Made by a program: the position numbers and the translations under genes | Part shown: in pieces, positions 55,081 to 64,000 of the stretch | How the letters are laid out: the number at the start of each line of letters is the position of its first letter | Numbering within the stretch: the stretch's first letter is position 1 | IMG/VR virus record: IMGVR_UViG_3300036985_006248 | Span: 110,281 to 174,280 of that record | Length of the DNA: 64,000 nt | DNA from: a virus | Direction: 5' to 3' (one strand) | Notes under the pieces: model-generated | What the model saw: only the letters and a program-made list of their open reading frames with translations | What the model was told of the DNA's origin: nothing | The model's database searches: none

Positions 55081-57948
55081 TTATTTATTCTCCGTTTTTT
55101 TCTCTTCTGTAAGTAGTCGTGAGCTTAGTGATTTAAGTTTATTATCAATCTCTAACAATAATTTTTCATCTTTTTCAAAGAAGTCTTCTTTTTCTTCGTT
55201 AAAGATGCCTCTTCCTGCTCTAGAGAGATCCTTTGAGCCAGCAAATAAGTTACGATAAGCCGAAGTTACCGATTCTGGAGTGTGAGTCTTTTCTATGTGA
55301 CGGCTGCGGGCTCCTGAAGGACGTGCATCAACCGCTACTGGCTTATACCACTTGCCATTTGCTCCTTTAGTTAGATGTGACCCATCATCTCTACGACCCG
55401 GTGCTGCTAATAAATTACTTTCTTCTCCTCCAGCTTCACCCGCAGCAGCTTCTCCTCCAGCCGCTTCACCTTCCGCACCAACTTCACCACCGGGCGCGGG
55501 AACTTCGGCACCTTCTGGTGCAACGCCTAAATCAGTATTTAGTGTGCTACCGCCAACTGTGCCTGTATCTGTTGCATCACCGGATTCAACTGATTTTTCA
55601 AATTGCTTATCATAATATAAGTCTCTTTGAATACGCAAGAAATCGTTATCATTAATTTTAAATAGGTTTTCAAATACCCAACGCTTGCTAAATCCATTTT
55701 CTTTGGCTGTACTAGCGACTTCTAATTGAGCTTTAAAATGTTCTATCTCTTGTAATTCGCTAATTTTTGAAGGATTATTCAAACGTAGACGGAACTTTAA
55801 CAAATCTTCATTTCGGTAACCAAGGGTATAAAGATGGATAATACCAACCTTCTCTAACTCGCTTACTATTACTCTCTGTAGACGTTGGATGGTACGAGCG
55901 AAACGTATATCTTTTTGCGCTAAGGTGCTCTTGTCTTCTGATGCGTCTTTGCCGGATGAAAGATAAGATTGAGGTACTTTTAAAGCAGAGAAGAGTTTAT
56001 CGCGCAAGTATTGAACGTCGTCAATATCTCCTGTAAACTCACCACCCTTCAAATTTTCAATTTTTGTTCCGCTTTGTGTCCCACGAACAGGAATATAAAA
56101 GTCTTCATCGATGCTCATAGGGTTATAACGCAAGTCAACACGACCAGTGTTTGGATCAACTATTTGGTTGCGCTTCATCTGCGTCACTATCTTTTGAATA
56201 TATTGTTCAACTTCTGGTGGTGAAACATTTCCAACGTCAATGTAGAAAACTCTGCGTTCTGGCGAGCGCACGATGCGATATGCCATCATCGCATCCTCCA
56301 TTAAATTTAATTGTCTCCATATCCTTCTGGCAGGCTCCAACACTGAAGTTCCATAAGGTGAATATTTATCTTGTCCTAGAATTCTGAAATGGGCTATCTG
56401 CCAGTTTTCAAATGTAATACCGGCGCTGTTCCATTGAAACTGTACATAATTTGGATTGCTTTCGTCCTCTCCTTCTAGACGCTCTACTTCAGGTGAAGGT
56501 AAGCCCAAGACACTCTTAACACCGATCTTTTCATCGATATCTAAATAAAGAAAGAAATCACCAAACTTACACATTGTGCGGCACCAAGAAAACAAATTTG
56601 ATTCAAGGTTTAATATATTAAAATAAAGGTGATGTAATATATTTTTAATTTCTTCATTCTTGCTATCGATAATAACAACTTGACGGTATTGGTTACTTGT
56701 TGTCATTTCATCGGCATAAATATCCATGGTCGATGCAATCTCGGGCGTGTTATGAGATATCACACTATCAGTAGCAAAGTTTTTGTACCCGTCTACGGTT
56801 AAGTCATATAAATCAATAAACCCGTAATATTCAACAGAAGCAACCTTATGGTTGGCGTAATTCTCCGCAAAATCTGTAAAGTTTTTGTAACCGTTAGCTC
56901 TAATACGGTTATTTAACTTCATGTAGGTCGTGCCGAGTTTTTCTGCTAGCTGATTTGAATTCATGTCCTTTGTGTAGGCAGAACAAATCATATTAAAATC
57001 TAAAGTCTTGTCAAAACGAGGGTTTTTATCACCATCATTATTCTGTCCCGCGTTTTTCCAATCGGCATTGTAAGTTTTGGCAAATACTTCGAAGTTCTTA
57101 AAACCTTTGGACTTTAATTTGCGTTTAATTGTCGGCGGATTTGTGTTCAAAATCTTGCACAGATTATTTTGATTGTATCCTCTAGTATCACAAACGCTCA
57201 ATATCTTTTCAAACGTAATATCTTTACGTTCCGCAGGATTGTTGTTCTTCATCCATTCTGAATGTCGCTTGCTAAATTGGTCCCACCAACCATCTTCTTC
57301 ATCTTTCTGACCGTGGATCAAATCTTTACGGTAAAAGGGCATCATGGCATCACCAGTTTTAAGTTGGGAAATGGTGCGATAAGAGCCGTCTCTTAACATG
57401 AGACGGTGGTCTTCGGTTCCAATTATTTCTTGGCCGTTATCAAATGTGACTTTCCAAGCATGGTCAGTTCTCGTTTTTCTCGCTTGACGACCAATTGCTG
57501 GGACAATTTGTTTTTTTGTATGGTCGTATGAATAAACGATGAATTCCTTGTCTAATCCATTCTCGGACAACTCACGCAATGTCTTATATCCATTTGGTAC
57601 AGCAATTTTTGTATCGCCGTGAAGACAAAACTCCATTTGATCAAAGTCACTATAGCGTTCTGCACGACTTTGATTAGCCATGATGTTGCTTTGGATAGAT
57701 TCAAAGGGGTTATAGCTTTTCTTCTTGAAGTTCTGTCCGCTGGCACTAGTAAACTTATAGCGGTCTAAGTCACGACGCTTAAAACGTACCTGTGACTGGT
57801 CACGAAAACTGGATAGAGGACCAGAGAATAATCTGGTTAAGCCCGTATACAGGGGCGAATCGTTATTACGAGGATTTCTCTTTCCTCCTTGACCATTTAT
57901 TTTACTGTTTAATGGATTACCTTTTTTAAAACCGTTATTGTCTGCCAT
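55081..57948 (-). CDS. portal protein (gp20) with intein
   Basis: DIYADE, KFGDFF, PYGTSVLE, MEDAM..YRI.R.PERRVFYIDVG, EDFYIP. Confidence 0.95.
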   Translation of the reverse strand: MADNNGFKKGNPLNSKINGQGGKRNPRNNDSPLYTGLTRLFSGPLSSFRDQSQVRFKRRDLDRYKFTSASGQNFKKKSYNPFESIQSNIMANQSRAERYSDFDQMEFCLHGDTKIAVPNGYKTLRELSENGLDKEFIVYSYDHTKKQIVPAIGRQARKTRTDHAWKVTFDNGQEIIGTEDHRLMLRDGSYRTISQLKTGDAMMPFYRKDLIHGQKDEEDGWWDQFSKRHSEWMKNNNPAERKDITFEKILSVCDTRGYNQNNLCKILNTNPPTIKRKLKSKGFKNFEVFAKTYNADWKNAGQNNDGDKNPRFDKTLDFNMICSAYTKDMNSNQLAEKLGTTYMKLNNRIRANGYKNFTDFAENYANHKVASVEYYGFIDLYDLTVDGYKNFATDSVISHNTPEIASTMDIYADEMTTSNQYRQVVIIDSKNEEIKNILHHLYFNILNLESNLFSWCRTMCKFGDFFLYLDIDEKIGVKSVLGLPSPEVERLEGEDESNPNYVQFQWNSAGITFENWQIAHFRILGQDKYSPYGTSVLEPARRIWRQLNLMEDAMMAYRIVRSPERRVFYIDVGNVSPPEVEQYIQKIVTQMKRNQIVDPNTGRVDLRYNPMSIDEDFYIPVRGTQSGTKIENLKGGEFTGDIDDVQYLRDKLFSALKVPQSYLSSGKDASEDKSTLAQKDIRFARTIQRLQRVIVSELEKVGIIHLYTLGYRNEDLLKFRLRLNNPSKISELQEIEHFKAQLEVASTAKENGFSKRWVFENLFKINDNDFLRIQRDLYYDKQFEKSVESGDATDTGTVGGSTLNTDLGVAPEGAEVPAPGGEVGAEGEAAGGEAAAGEAGGEESNLLAAPGRRDDGSHLTKGANGKWYKPVAVDARPSGARSRHIEKTHTPESVTSAYRNLFAGSKDLSRAGRGIFNEEKEDFFEKDEKLLLEIDNKLKSLSSRLLTEEKKTENK
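56749..57627 (-). mobile_element. intein (293 aa) in portal
   Basis: Starts CLHGDT, block B TEDH, block F YDLTVDGYKNF, ends SHN before Thr. Confidence 0.92.
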
Positions 57949-57949
57949 T

Positions 57950-59527
57950 TTAGCCCTTTATTATCCAGTTATATTCTCTATACATATTTTGCATTTGTTG
58001 CTGCTTTCGGCTACGTTCTTCGTTGACAATTCCACGTACTGAAGTGTCTAAATAATTGCCACCTTTAGTAATAGCGTCAAGGAATGCCCTAGAATACTCT
58101 AAATTGCGCTCGTTGTTAACAATTGCTGTATCCCGTACCCAACAGCCAATGGCTAAAGACATTACAAGGTCGTCGTTATAGCTCTTCTGAGCCTCTGGAC
58201 GGCCATTTACCCAAACGAAAGTATCTAATTCATTAACAAGTCTTTGTGAATTAATCTTAATACTTTTATTACGTATAAATTCTTCTAATTTTGCAACAAT
58301 CAATGGACGGGTTTTCATTGTTGTAGTAAATCCGGGGACAGTATTTGCTCCGTATTGCGATTGCATGCTATCAACAAACTCATGTGTTGATTTAGTAGAA
58401 TAATAAACGTTTGGATACCGCATCTCAATAAGTTTTGTTATTACAGAGAAACCTATATTGTTATTTTCAACTACAATCATGCAGTTACCATATTCTTGTC
58501 CAGCATCAAACAACAATTTAGCAAAATTGTCTAAATCAACCTTGCCTTGGTATTCAGCCACTTGCTCCATGTTTTTAATGTCAAGAATATGGAAAACGGA
58601 ATAATCTTTTCCGTCACCACGAGCAACGTCGGCTGTCAAGAGATAGGAACCATCATGTTCGTGTTGTTTCCAAATGTAATAATTGCGGTCGATCCATGAA
58701 CGATATTTAGGCTCACTAACTAACTTCTTTAATTTTGAAAGATCTTCTGGATTCATTACTGTTTCGCCAGAAGCATTGAAGTTACATTGGAATTCTTGAG
58801 CTATTTGACGCTTGCTCATGTTGCGTGTCATATTTTCAAACCACGCTTGTGTATACTCAGGATGAATATCCCAAGGGAGTTTTGTTGGTTTGAAATTATT
58901 TTGTGCTGATTCGCTTTCTACGTAAGTTTTGTGAAACCAATTACCAACGCCATTTGGGGTTGATAATGCAATGCACCGTCCACCAGTAGAAAGAGTTGGT
59001 AATAAGCCCGTCCACAAATCATCCATGTCATCTACAAAGGCTGCTTCATCAACAATTAACAATGAAAGCGCCTGAGAACGACCGGCATCTTTTGACGTTG
59101 GAACACCGTGAATCTTTGAACCATTAGTTAGTTCAAGTTTTGTTTTATTATTGACGCTTACTTCAGCGATTTTGATCCATTCTGGAACGCTATCGATAAT
59201 GTCTTTTACTTTTTCAACTATTTCTATTGCTGTATTGAGCTTTGTTGCCATTACAAGGATGTTTCGTTCTTTATGAAACAGAAGCATCCAAGCACTATAA
59301 CCGGCAACTATAGTTGAAATACCCATTTGCCGAGATTTCAGGATGACGTTGAAACGATGATCATGAAAGTCATTTAATAGGTCTTTCTGAAACTTATAAG
59401 TGTGAAAAGGTATTAATCCTCTATTCTGATGTACGATTTTAGCGTAGTTATCTAAGAAGTAGGCTGGATCTTTGCCACACTTTAATATCTCTTTAGTAAT
59501 TTCCTCTTTTGATAACTTATACGCCAT
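57950..59527 (-). CDS. terminase large subunit (gp17)
   Basis: KSRQMGIST, IVDEAAF, STPNG, DVARG, NDDLVM. Confidence 0.96.
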   Translation of the reverse strand: MAYKLSKEEITKEILKCGKDPAYFLDNYAKIVHQNRGLIPFHTYKFQKDLLNDFHDHRFNVILKSRQMGISTIVAGYSAWMLLFHKERNILVMATKLNTAIEIVEKVKDIIDSVPEWIKIAEVSVNNKTKLELTNGSKIHGVPTSKDAGRSQALSLLIVDEAAFVDDMDDLWTGLLPTLSTGGRCIALSTPNGVGNWFHKTYVESESAQNNFKPTKLPWDIHPEYTQAWFENMTRNMSKRQIAQEFQCNFNASGETVMNPEDLSKLKKLVSEPKYRSWIDRNYYIWKQHEHDGSYLLTADVARGDGKDYSVFHILDIKNMEQVAEYQGKVDLDNFAKLLFDAGQEYGNCMIVVENNNIGFSVITKLIEMRYPNVYYSTKSTHEFVDSMQSQYGANTVPGFTTTMKTRPLIVAKLEEFIRNKSIKINSQRLVNELDTFVWVNGRPEAQKSYNDDLVMSLAIGCWVRDTAIVNNERNLEYSRAFLDAITKGGNYLDTSVRGIVNEERSRKQQQMQNMYREYNWIIKG

Positions 59528-59544
59528 GTCATTACCTTATTACC

Positions 59545-60051
59545 TTATTTAGAATTTCTTGGTTGTCTGACATTGTTTAACCAACGCTTGGCAATGTCGG
59601 CAAAGTTCTTTTGTGGTTTGCTGATTTCTTTGTTGAAACCCTCGACACCTTCTATCTGATAATTTTGAACGGCATTGACATAAGATGTTCTACGATTTGC
59701 ACTTTGGACCATGATGTTGATGTCTCCGTGCTCGGTTAAATCAAGAGTCTTCTTTGTAACTTTTTTATATTCTGATTTAATAAACTTTGAAATATCTTTC
59801 ATTGTTTGACGAATATCAGTTTCAAAGTCTCTATCGTGAACCTGAGTCAAGGGCATTTCACTGTGATACTTGATAATCAACATGTCTCCTTGGAATTGAA
59901 CACCAAAACCGTCCATTACTCTAGGGTCATATATTGATACACCTTGTACTAAGTCCTCAGTTTCTCTCTTAAGACCTATTTCAGCGCCGCCGTGGTGCTT
60001 TGCATGTAATGCTTGAGAAATACCGTTTATAACCTCTAGAATACTAGCCAT
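59545..60051 (-). CDS. hypothetical protein
   Basis: ORF in operon. Confidence 0.6.
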   Translation of the reverse strand: MASILEVINGISQALHAKHHGGAEIGLKRETEDLVQGVSIYDPRVMDGFGVQFQGDMLIIKYHSEMPLTQVHDRDFETDIRQTMKDISKFIKSEYKKVTKKTLDLTEHGDINIMVQSANRRTSYVNAVQNYQIEGVEGFNKEISKPQKNFADIAKRWLNNVRQPRNSK

Positions 60052-60435
60052 TTATTTTTCTCCGTTAGGACGCCAACCAGACATCCATCTTTCTTCTCTA
60101 TCCTCTATAAAATTAACATAACACTTATAGCAGGTAGTAAATTTATTTAAGTATACATCATCTTTTTTATTAAAACTATATTCTTTACAAACTATACAGG
60201 ATTTATTATTCTTATTAATTAGTTTCTTTGGTATTAAAATACCGCCTAAATCCTGTTTTTCTCTTGTTTGTTCATTACTAGCTTCTTTTTTGAGTGTTTC
60301 TTTTGTTGTGATGATGTATTCCTGTTCTTTTTCTGAATTCCAAAAGAACTTAGGGTTCATAGTGGCTAGTTCACCGTATTTTTCTTTTATTGCCTTTTCT
60401 AAAGCAACAACGTAGTTGGGATCTTTTTTATTCAT
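60052..60435 (-). CDS. hypothetical zinc-finger protein
   Basis: CIVC...CYKC...EDREERW. Confidence 0.6.
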   Translation of the reverse strand: MNKKDPNYVVALEKAIKEKYGELATMNPKFFWNSEKEQEYIITTKETLKKEASNEQTREKQDLGGILIPKKLINKNNKSCIVCKEYSFNKKDDVYLNKFTTCYKCYVNFIEDREERWMSGWRPNGEK

Positions 60436-60911
60436 GGTGTTTTTATTGTTGTTATTTGTACTGCTGCAAAGAAGATAGCTACCGAAAGAGCAATACCCAG
60501 TAACAAAGAGCCAAACAACTTTATATCATCCCATTTGTTATTATCTTCTAATAGTTTTATTCTATCATCTTTTAACTTCATTATATTATCATTCAATTCT
60601 TTAGTTAGCTTTAATTCTAAGTTATATTGTTTTTTTAACATCTCTAATTCTATTAGAAGTTTTTTATTTTCACTATCATTATTTATTTTTAATGATTGAA
60701 TTTCTAATGATTTATTTGTCATTATTTTTACTAATCCAGCAGCATCAAATAAATATCCATCATAGGGCGAAGCTTCGCCTTCTTTGACGAGAGCATAATC
60801 ACCCTCGTCAGCCAATAATTTCCCAGCATCTTGTGCATACGCATAAGAGGGTTGCATTGCTAGCATGGCTAGCAACGTAATTGTAGCTACACCTATTTTA
60901 AGTTTGTCCAT
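60432..60911 (-). CDS. secreted/membrane coiled-coil protein (spanin-like candidate)
   Basis: Signal peptide (AYA-QD), coiled coil, C-terminal TM segment. Confidence 0.5.
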   Translation of the reverse strand: MDKLKIGVATITLLAMLAMQPSYAYAQDAGKLLADEGDYALVKEGEASPYDGYLFDAAGLVKIMTNKSLEIQSLKINNDSENKKLLIELEMLKKQYNLELKLTKELNDNIMKLKDDRIKLLEDNNKWDDIKLFGSLLLGIALSVAIFFAAVQITTIKTP

Positions 60912-61290
60912 TGCGTTTTGGACGCCCCTTTTTCTTTTCTACAACCCCCAATTGTTTCTTTAGTTCGCTTTCAAAATCTGATTTGTTTGTTTTTTCTAAT
61001 TCTAACAACCGATTTTTTTCTTCCTTTACCAGTTCTTCCGCTTTCTTTAGTTTTTGTTGTTTCTGTTCTTCTTCTTTCTTTAAGGCATCTTCTTTTTCTT
61101 TTTTTAACCTCTCGGTCTGTTCTTCCAGCTTCTTTCGATTAACGTCTTTGACACCTGCCTCATCTTTTAAATACTGGCCTAGTCCTTCTCCTAAGTGTTT
61201 TCTAAACACTAGATATGCAAACGTTACGGCTGCCAGCGTTGCGGCTATACCTACCACGAAACGTTTCCAATACAGTTTAATAGTTTCCAT
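60898..61290 (-). CDS. membrane-anchored coiled-coil protein (i-spanin-like; start METIK)
   Basis: N-terminal TM segment followed by a long charged coiled coil. Confidence 0.5.
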   Translation of the reverse strand: METIKLYWKRFVVGIAATLAAVTFAYLVFRKHLGEGLGQYLKDEAGVKDVNRKKLEEQTERLKKEKEDALKKEEEQKQQKLKKAEELVKEEKNRLLELEKTNKSDFESELKKQLGVVEKKKGRPKRNGQT

Positions 61291-61292
61291 TA

Positions 61293-61568
61293 TTATCCCT
61301 TTTTCCATTTTACCGCTAAATCTGCGAAGCCTTCTATGCTTACATATCCTAAAGTAATCGCCGTCCATTCTTCTGGAGTGATTTTTACAATACAAAGCAA
61401 AATAGTTGCTGTTACCCATACCAGTAATTTACGAGAAACAAACTTTTCAGTCACTAAATCTACTAATCCTAATCTTGTGCCATCAAACTTCTTGCGTTCT
61501 TTCTTCATACGCTTGTCTAAATCAGAAATTTCTTCTTTTACTTCTTCTTTCAATCCCATATTAGCCAT
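61293..61568 (-). CDS. holin-like membrane protein
   Basis: SRKLLVW..TM..W...GYV..G.AD pattern; AGGAG RBS. Confidence 0.5.
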   Translation of the reverse strand: MANMGLKEEVKEEISDLDKRMKKERKKFDGTRLGLVDLVTEKFVSRKLLVWVTATILLCIVKITPEEWTAITLGYVSIEGFADLAVKWKKG

Positions 61569-61578
61569 GTTATTCTCC

Positions 61579-62052
61579 TTAAGCGGGTTCAAATAATATC
61601 TGTTTCTTACTTTTCGACAACCAAACTCTTTTTGCCTTTATAACTCTTAATTTAAACCCAATTTCTTCTAAACCCTCAAGCCCCTTCTTGGTAAACCATG
61701 CTTCGGCGCTCTCCTTTGAAGGAAAGCCAAACAATCTATTTCGAGCGGGTTGGTTCATGCTCCCCTTTTTCATACCGAATTCTTCGTCTGGAAAGTCTTC
61801 TAGCGGGCTAGGGTTATTCTTCAAGTCATTACCATACTTTTTAGTTAGTTTCTGTAGGATTTCATATTTCCATTCATCTTGCGGTTCAAAATCATTGGTA
61901 TATACACGATGCGGACCAATCCAACCTCTTTTGAACTTTTGGTCTATTCTCCAAACATCAGTCGTAGTATCGTCTTTGGTACCATCAAAGATAAGTTTCT
62001 CATTTATGAGCCCTTCAATGAGCGAATTCATTTTAATTTTTAGTTTTATCAT
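61579..62052 (-). CDS. hypothetical phage protein
   Basis: VWRI..GP..P.PxED..FGF.S..AWF..GF..Q.LF. Confidence 0.6.
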   Translation of the reverse strand: MIKLKIKMNSLIEGLINEKLIFDGTKDDTTTDVWRIDQKFKRGWIGPHRVYTNDFEPQDEWKYEILQKLTKKYGNDLKNNPSPLEDFPDEEFGMKKGSMNQPARNRLFGFPSKESAEAWFTKKGLEGLEEIGFKLRVIKAKRVWLSKSKKQILFEPA

Positions 62053-62053
62053 T

Positions 62054-64000
62054 TTATTGGTTCACGTAAGCGTATCCATCTTTTCTGTCAATAACTATTT
62101 GCATGTCTACACAATCTTTTAGGCTGTCCAAATGTGATATTACGATAACAGTCTTAAAATATCCCTTGACCAAATCGAGAATACGAACAAACCCATCTAA
62201 ATTTTCTGCATCCAAGGCTGTTCCCGGCTCATCCATCACAAATATATCTGCTTTTGGGAGGGTAGTAACGTTTAATAACGCCAGCCGGATAGCCGTCGAG
62301 GCCAAAGTCTTTTCTGCGCCACTGCCCATTTCCAGTGGCCTAGCGTCATACTTAGGGTGCTTAATCATAATATCCAGTTTATCGTCTTCGTTCTCTAAGT
62401 AAATAGAGAATTCCACTACATTTGCCAAGATTTTAGCAATTTCTTGGTTAATTTCTGGCAGCTTGCTCTTGATAAGCTCATAACTTATACCACTTGGATG
62501 CATACAAGTTAAGAACAAATCATATGCTGAATATTGTTTGCGTAGGTCTTCCAACTCTTCTTTTTGTTTGCAAAATATCTCTATCTTCGCATTAATAGAA
62601 CCTTGCATTTTATAAAGTTCAACTATCTCACGTTCTGTGTCACTTAATTCTTTGGTATGAATTGTTACATTGCTTTTAGCCGCATCGCGGTCAGCGACTA
62701 ACTTTTCATAGTTTTCTATTGCTTCACGATTTTGGTCGTACAGCTTTAATTTTTCAGTATTATCGTGAATATTCTTTTCTAATATGACAATAGAATTCTT
62801 ATTCTTCTCAATTTTAAGTTGGCTCGTGGATATCTTGGAAGTAACTTCTGTACGCTTCTTCTTTATTTCTACTAGTTTCTTCATTCCATCTGATACTTCT
62901 GAGTTTAGGGCGTTAGAATGCCCCTGTAACAGCCCCAGCTTGCCATCCATGGCATTATGATTCGTATTTAGGTCTGGGAGTGCCTCTTTGGCAGCAAATG
63001 CGTCCTTGATGAATTTACACGTAGGAAACTTATCCCCACAAGGAACTTGGTCAAGAAGCTTAATTTTCTTTTCCACACTGGATAGCTCATTTTCTGACAA
63101 TGAGAATTCTTTTTCTAGACCATGTAGTTGTTTCTTAAGTAAAGATAATTCTTTATCTTTTTCGATCAAGTCTGGTTCGTTGACTGTTGTTAAAAATTGT
63201 TCTATTTTAACGAGTAATTCCTCATGCTTACTGATTTGAGTTTCGAGTGAGGCACTCTCTTCAACTAGACTTTTGCTTTCTTTGTGAGATTGCTCAAGTT
63301 TGTGTTTTAAATCATCATAATTAATTATTGAAGATGGGACATTAGCAATGCTCTTTTGTAATTGACAAAGAAACTCATTGGCATCGATGACTTTTTTACG
63401 TATTTCTTCTACTTTTGTTTTGCTCTGACTCAATCCGATTTCAACTCCGCTTAATTGGAATTCGGCAGTTGAAATATCTTTTTTATACTCTACGCCTTCT
63501 AATTTTTTTAATAAGCCTTTCAACTCGGCGCTTTCTTCCTTGGCTAACTTGAATTTCTTATCAAAGTTTTCCAAATCAAGAAACTTGGCAAGGATCTCCT
63601 TACGTTTTGTGGAACCCTCAGAAATAAAAGATAAGTATCCAAATTGGCTAGCCATAGAAGTTAGAAAAAAGTCATCGACTGAACCAAGAAAGCGACGGAT
63701 ATTCTTATCCGTATCATTACGGGCAAGGCCATTCAATAATTCATTAGTAGAAGTAAACTCAACATCGGTCTTTGCTTCTGTCGTTTCCACACCTTTCAGC
63801 TTTTTAATATACTTTTCGGATTTACGTTCAATAATATAATCTGATTGGTCGATGCGAATGGTAACCTTACCACGACCATGCGTGTTATTCTGATTAATGA
63901 CATTTAAATTCTTTCTATTGTTTTTTGAAGTGGTATTAAAAATAGAATATAACAAAGCATCAATAACAGAGGATTTACCGCTATAATTTTTACCAAAGAT
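62054..64000 (-). CDS. sbcC: SbcC/Rad50-like recombination ATPase (gp46), 5' end outside the window
   Basis: Walker A GKNYSGKS at the window edge, coiled coil with CGDKFPTC hook, GSGAE signature, MDEP, ISH. Confidence 0.93.
   Translation of the reverse strand: MFGKNYSGKSSVIDALLYSIFNTTSKNNRKNLNVINQNNTHGRGKVTIRIDQSDYIIERKSEKYIKKLKGVETTEAKTDVEFTSTNELLNGLARNDTDKNIRRFLGSVDDFFLTSMASQFGYLSFISEGSTKRKEILAKFLDLENFDKKFKLAKEESAELKGLLKKLEGVEYKKDISTAEFQLSGVEIGLSQSKTKVEEIRKKVIDANEFLCQLQKSIANVPSSIINYDDLKHKLEQSHKESKSLVEESASLETQISKHEELLVKIEQFLTTVNEPDLIEKDKELSLLKKQLHGLEKEFSLSENELSSVEKKIKLLDQVPCGDKFPTCKFIKDAFAAKEALPDLNTNHNAMDGKLGLLQGHSNALNSEVSDGMKKLVEIKKKRTEVTSKISTSQLKIEKNKNSIVILEKNIHDNTEKLKLYDQNREAIENYEKLVADRDAAKSNVTIHTKELSDTEREIVELYKMQGSINAKIEIFCKQKEELEDLRKQYSAYDLFLTCMHPSGISYELIKSKLPEINQEIAKILANVVEFSIYLENEDDKLDIMIKHPKYDARPLEMGSGAEKTLASTAIRLALLNVTTLPKADIFVMDEPGTALDAENLDGFVRILDLVKGYFKTVIVISHLDSLKDCVDMQIVIDRKDGYAYVNQ

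Noticed and set aside
1170-63839. Numerous plus-strand ORFs in the track (e.g. 33220-33930, 44547-45365)
   Set aside because: All lie antisense to well-supported minus-strand genes and show no recognisable motifs; treated as shadow ORFs
1-64000. Stop-codon reassignment, tRNA genes, CRISPR arrays
   Set aside because: Core genes are intact in code 11 with TAA, TGA and TAG all used as stops; no cloverleaf or repeat-spacer array was seen by eye (tRNAscan not run)

Overview
A 64-kb slice of a large, AT-rich, T4-like contractile-tailed phage (myovirus) genome. Essentially all real genes are on the minus strand. In transcription order (right to left) it carries: a partial SbcC/gp46, a membrane/lysis-like trio, terminase, an intein-containing portal, prohead protease (preceded by a GIY-YIG endonuclease), fibre-like virion proteins, a divergent ribosomal protein bS21, scaffold, major capsid, neck, sheath, two tube proteins, tail chaperone, tape measure and baseplate genes. 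The replication/nucleotide block follows: minimal PolA, tubulin-like protein, SSB, RecA, UvsE, deaminase, 5'-3' exonuclease, DnaB, thioredoxin, intein-containing NrdJ, GroES, ThyX, nucleotidyltransferases, DnaE, dUTPase and a partial IMPDH/GMP reductase. Most notable: (1) a two-gene cassette at 7758-8619 resembling a type III secretion needle subunit (SctF) plus inner rod (SctI), with no other T3SS genes in the window, which together with a GC-rich island suggests a myxobacterial-type host; (2) a prfB(RF2)-like +1 frameshift cassette at the start of the deaminase gene; (3) a non-canonical +1/-2 frameshift in the tail chaperone; (4) a shared N-terminal leader (candidate capsid-targeting signal), in part carried on an identical 35-bp RBS/start cassette; (5) a homing endonuclease that appears to have captured the start of the prohead protease gene. 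All family assignments are by motif recognition only; no searches were run.
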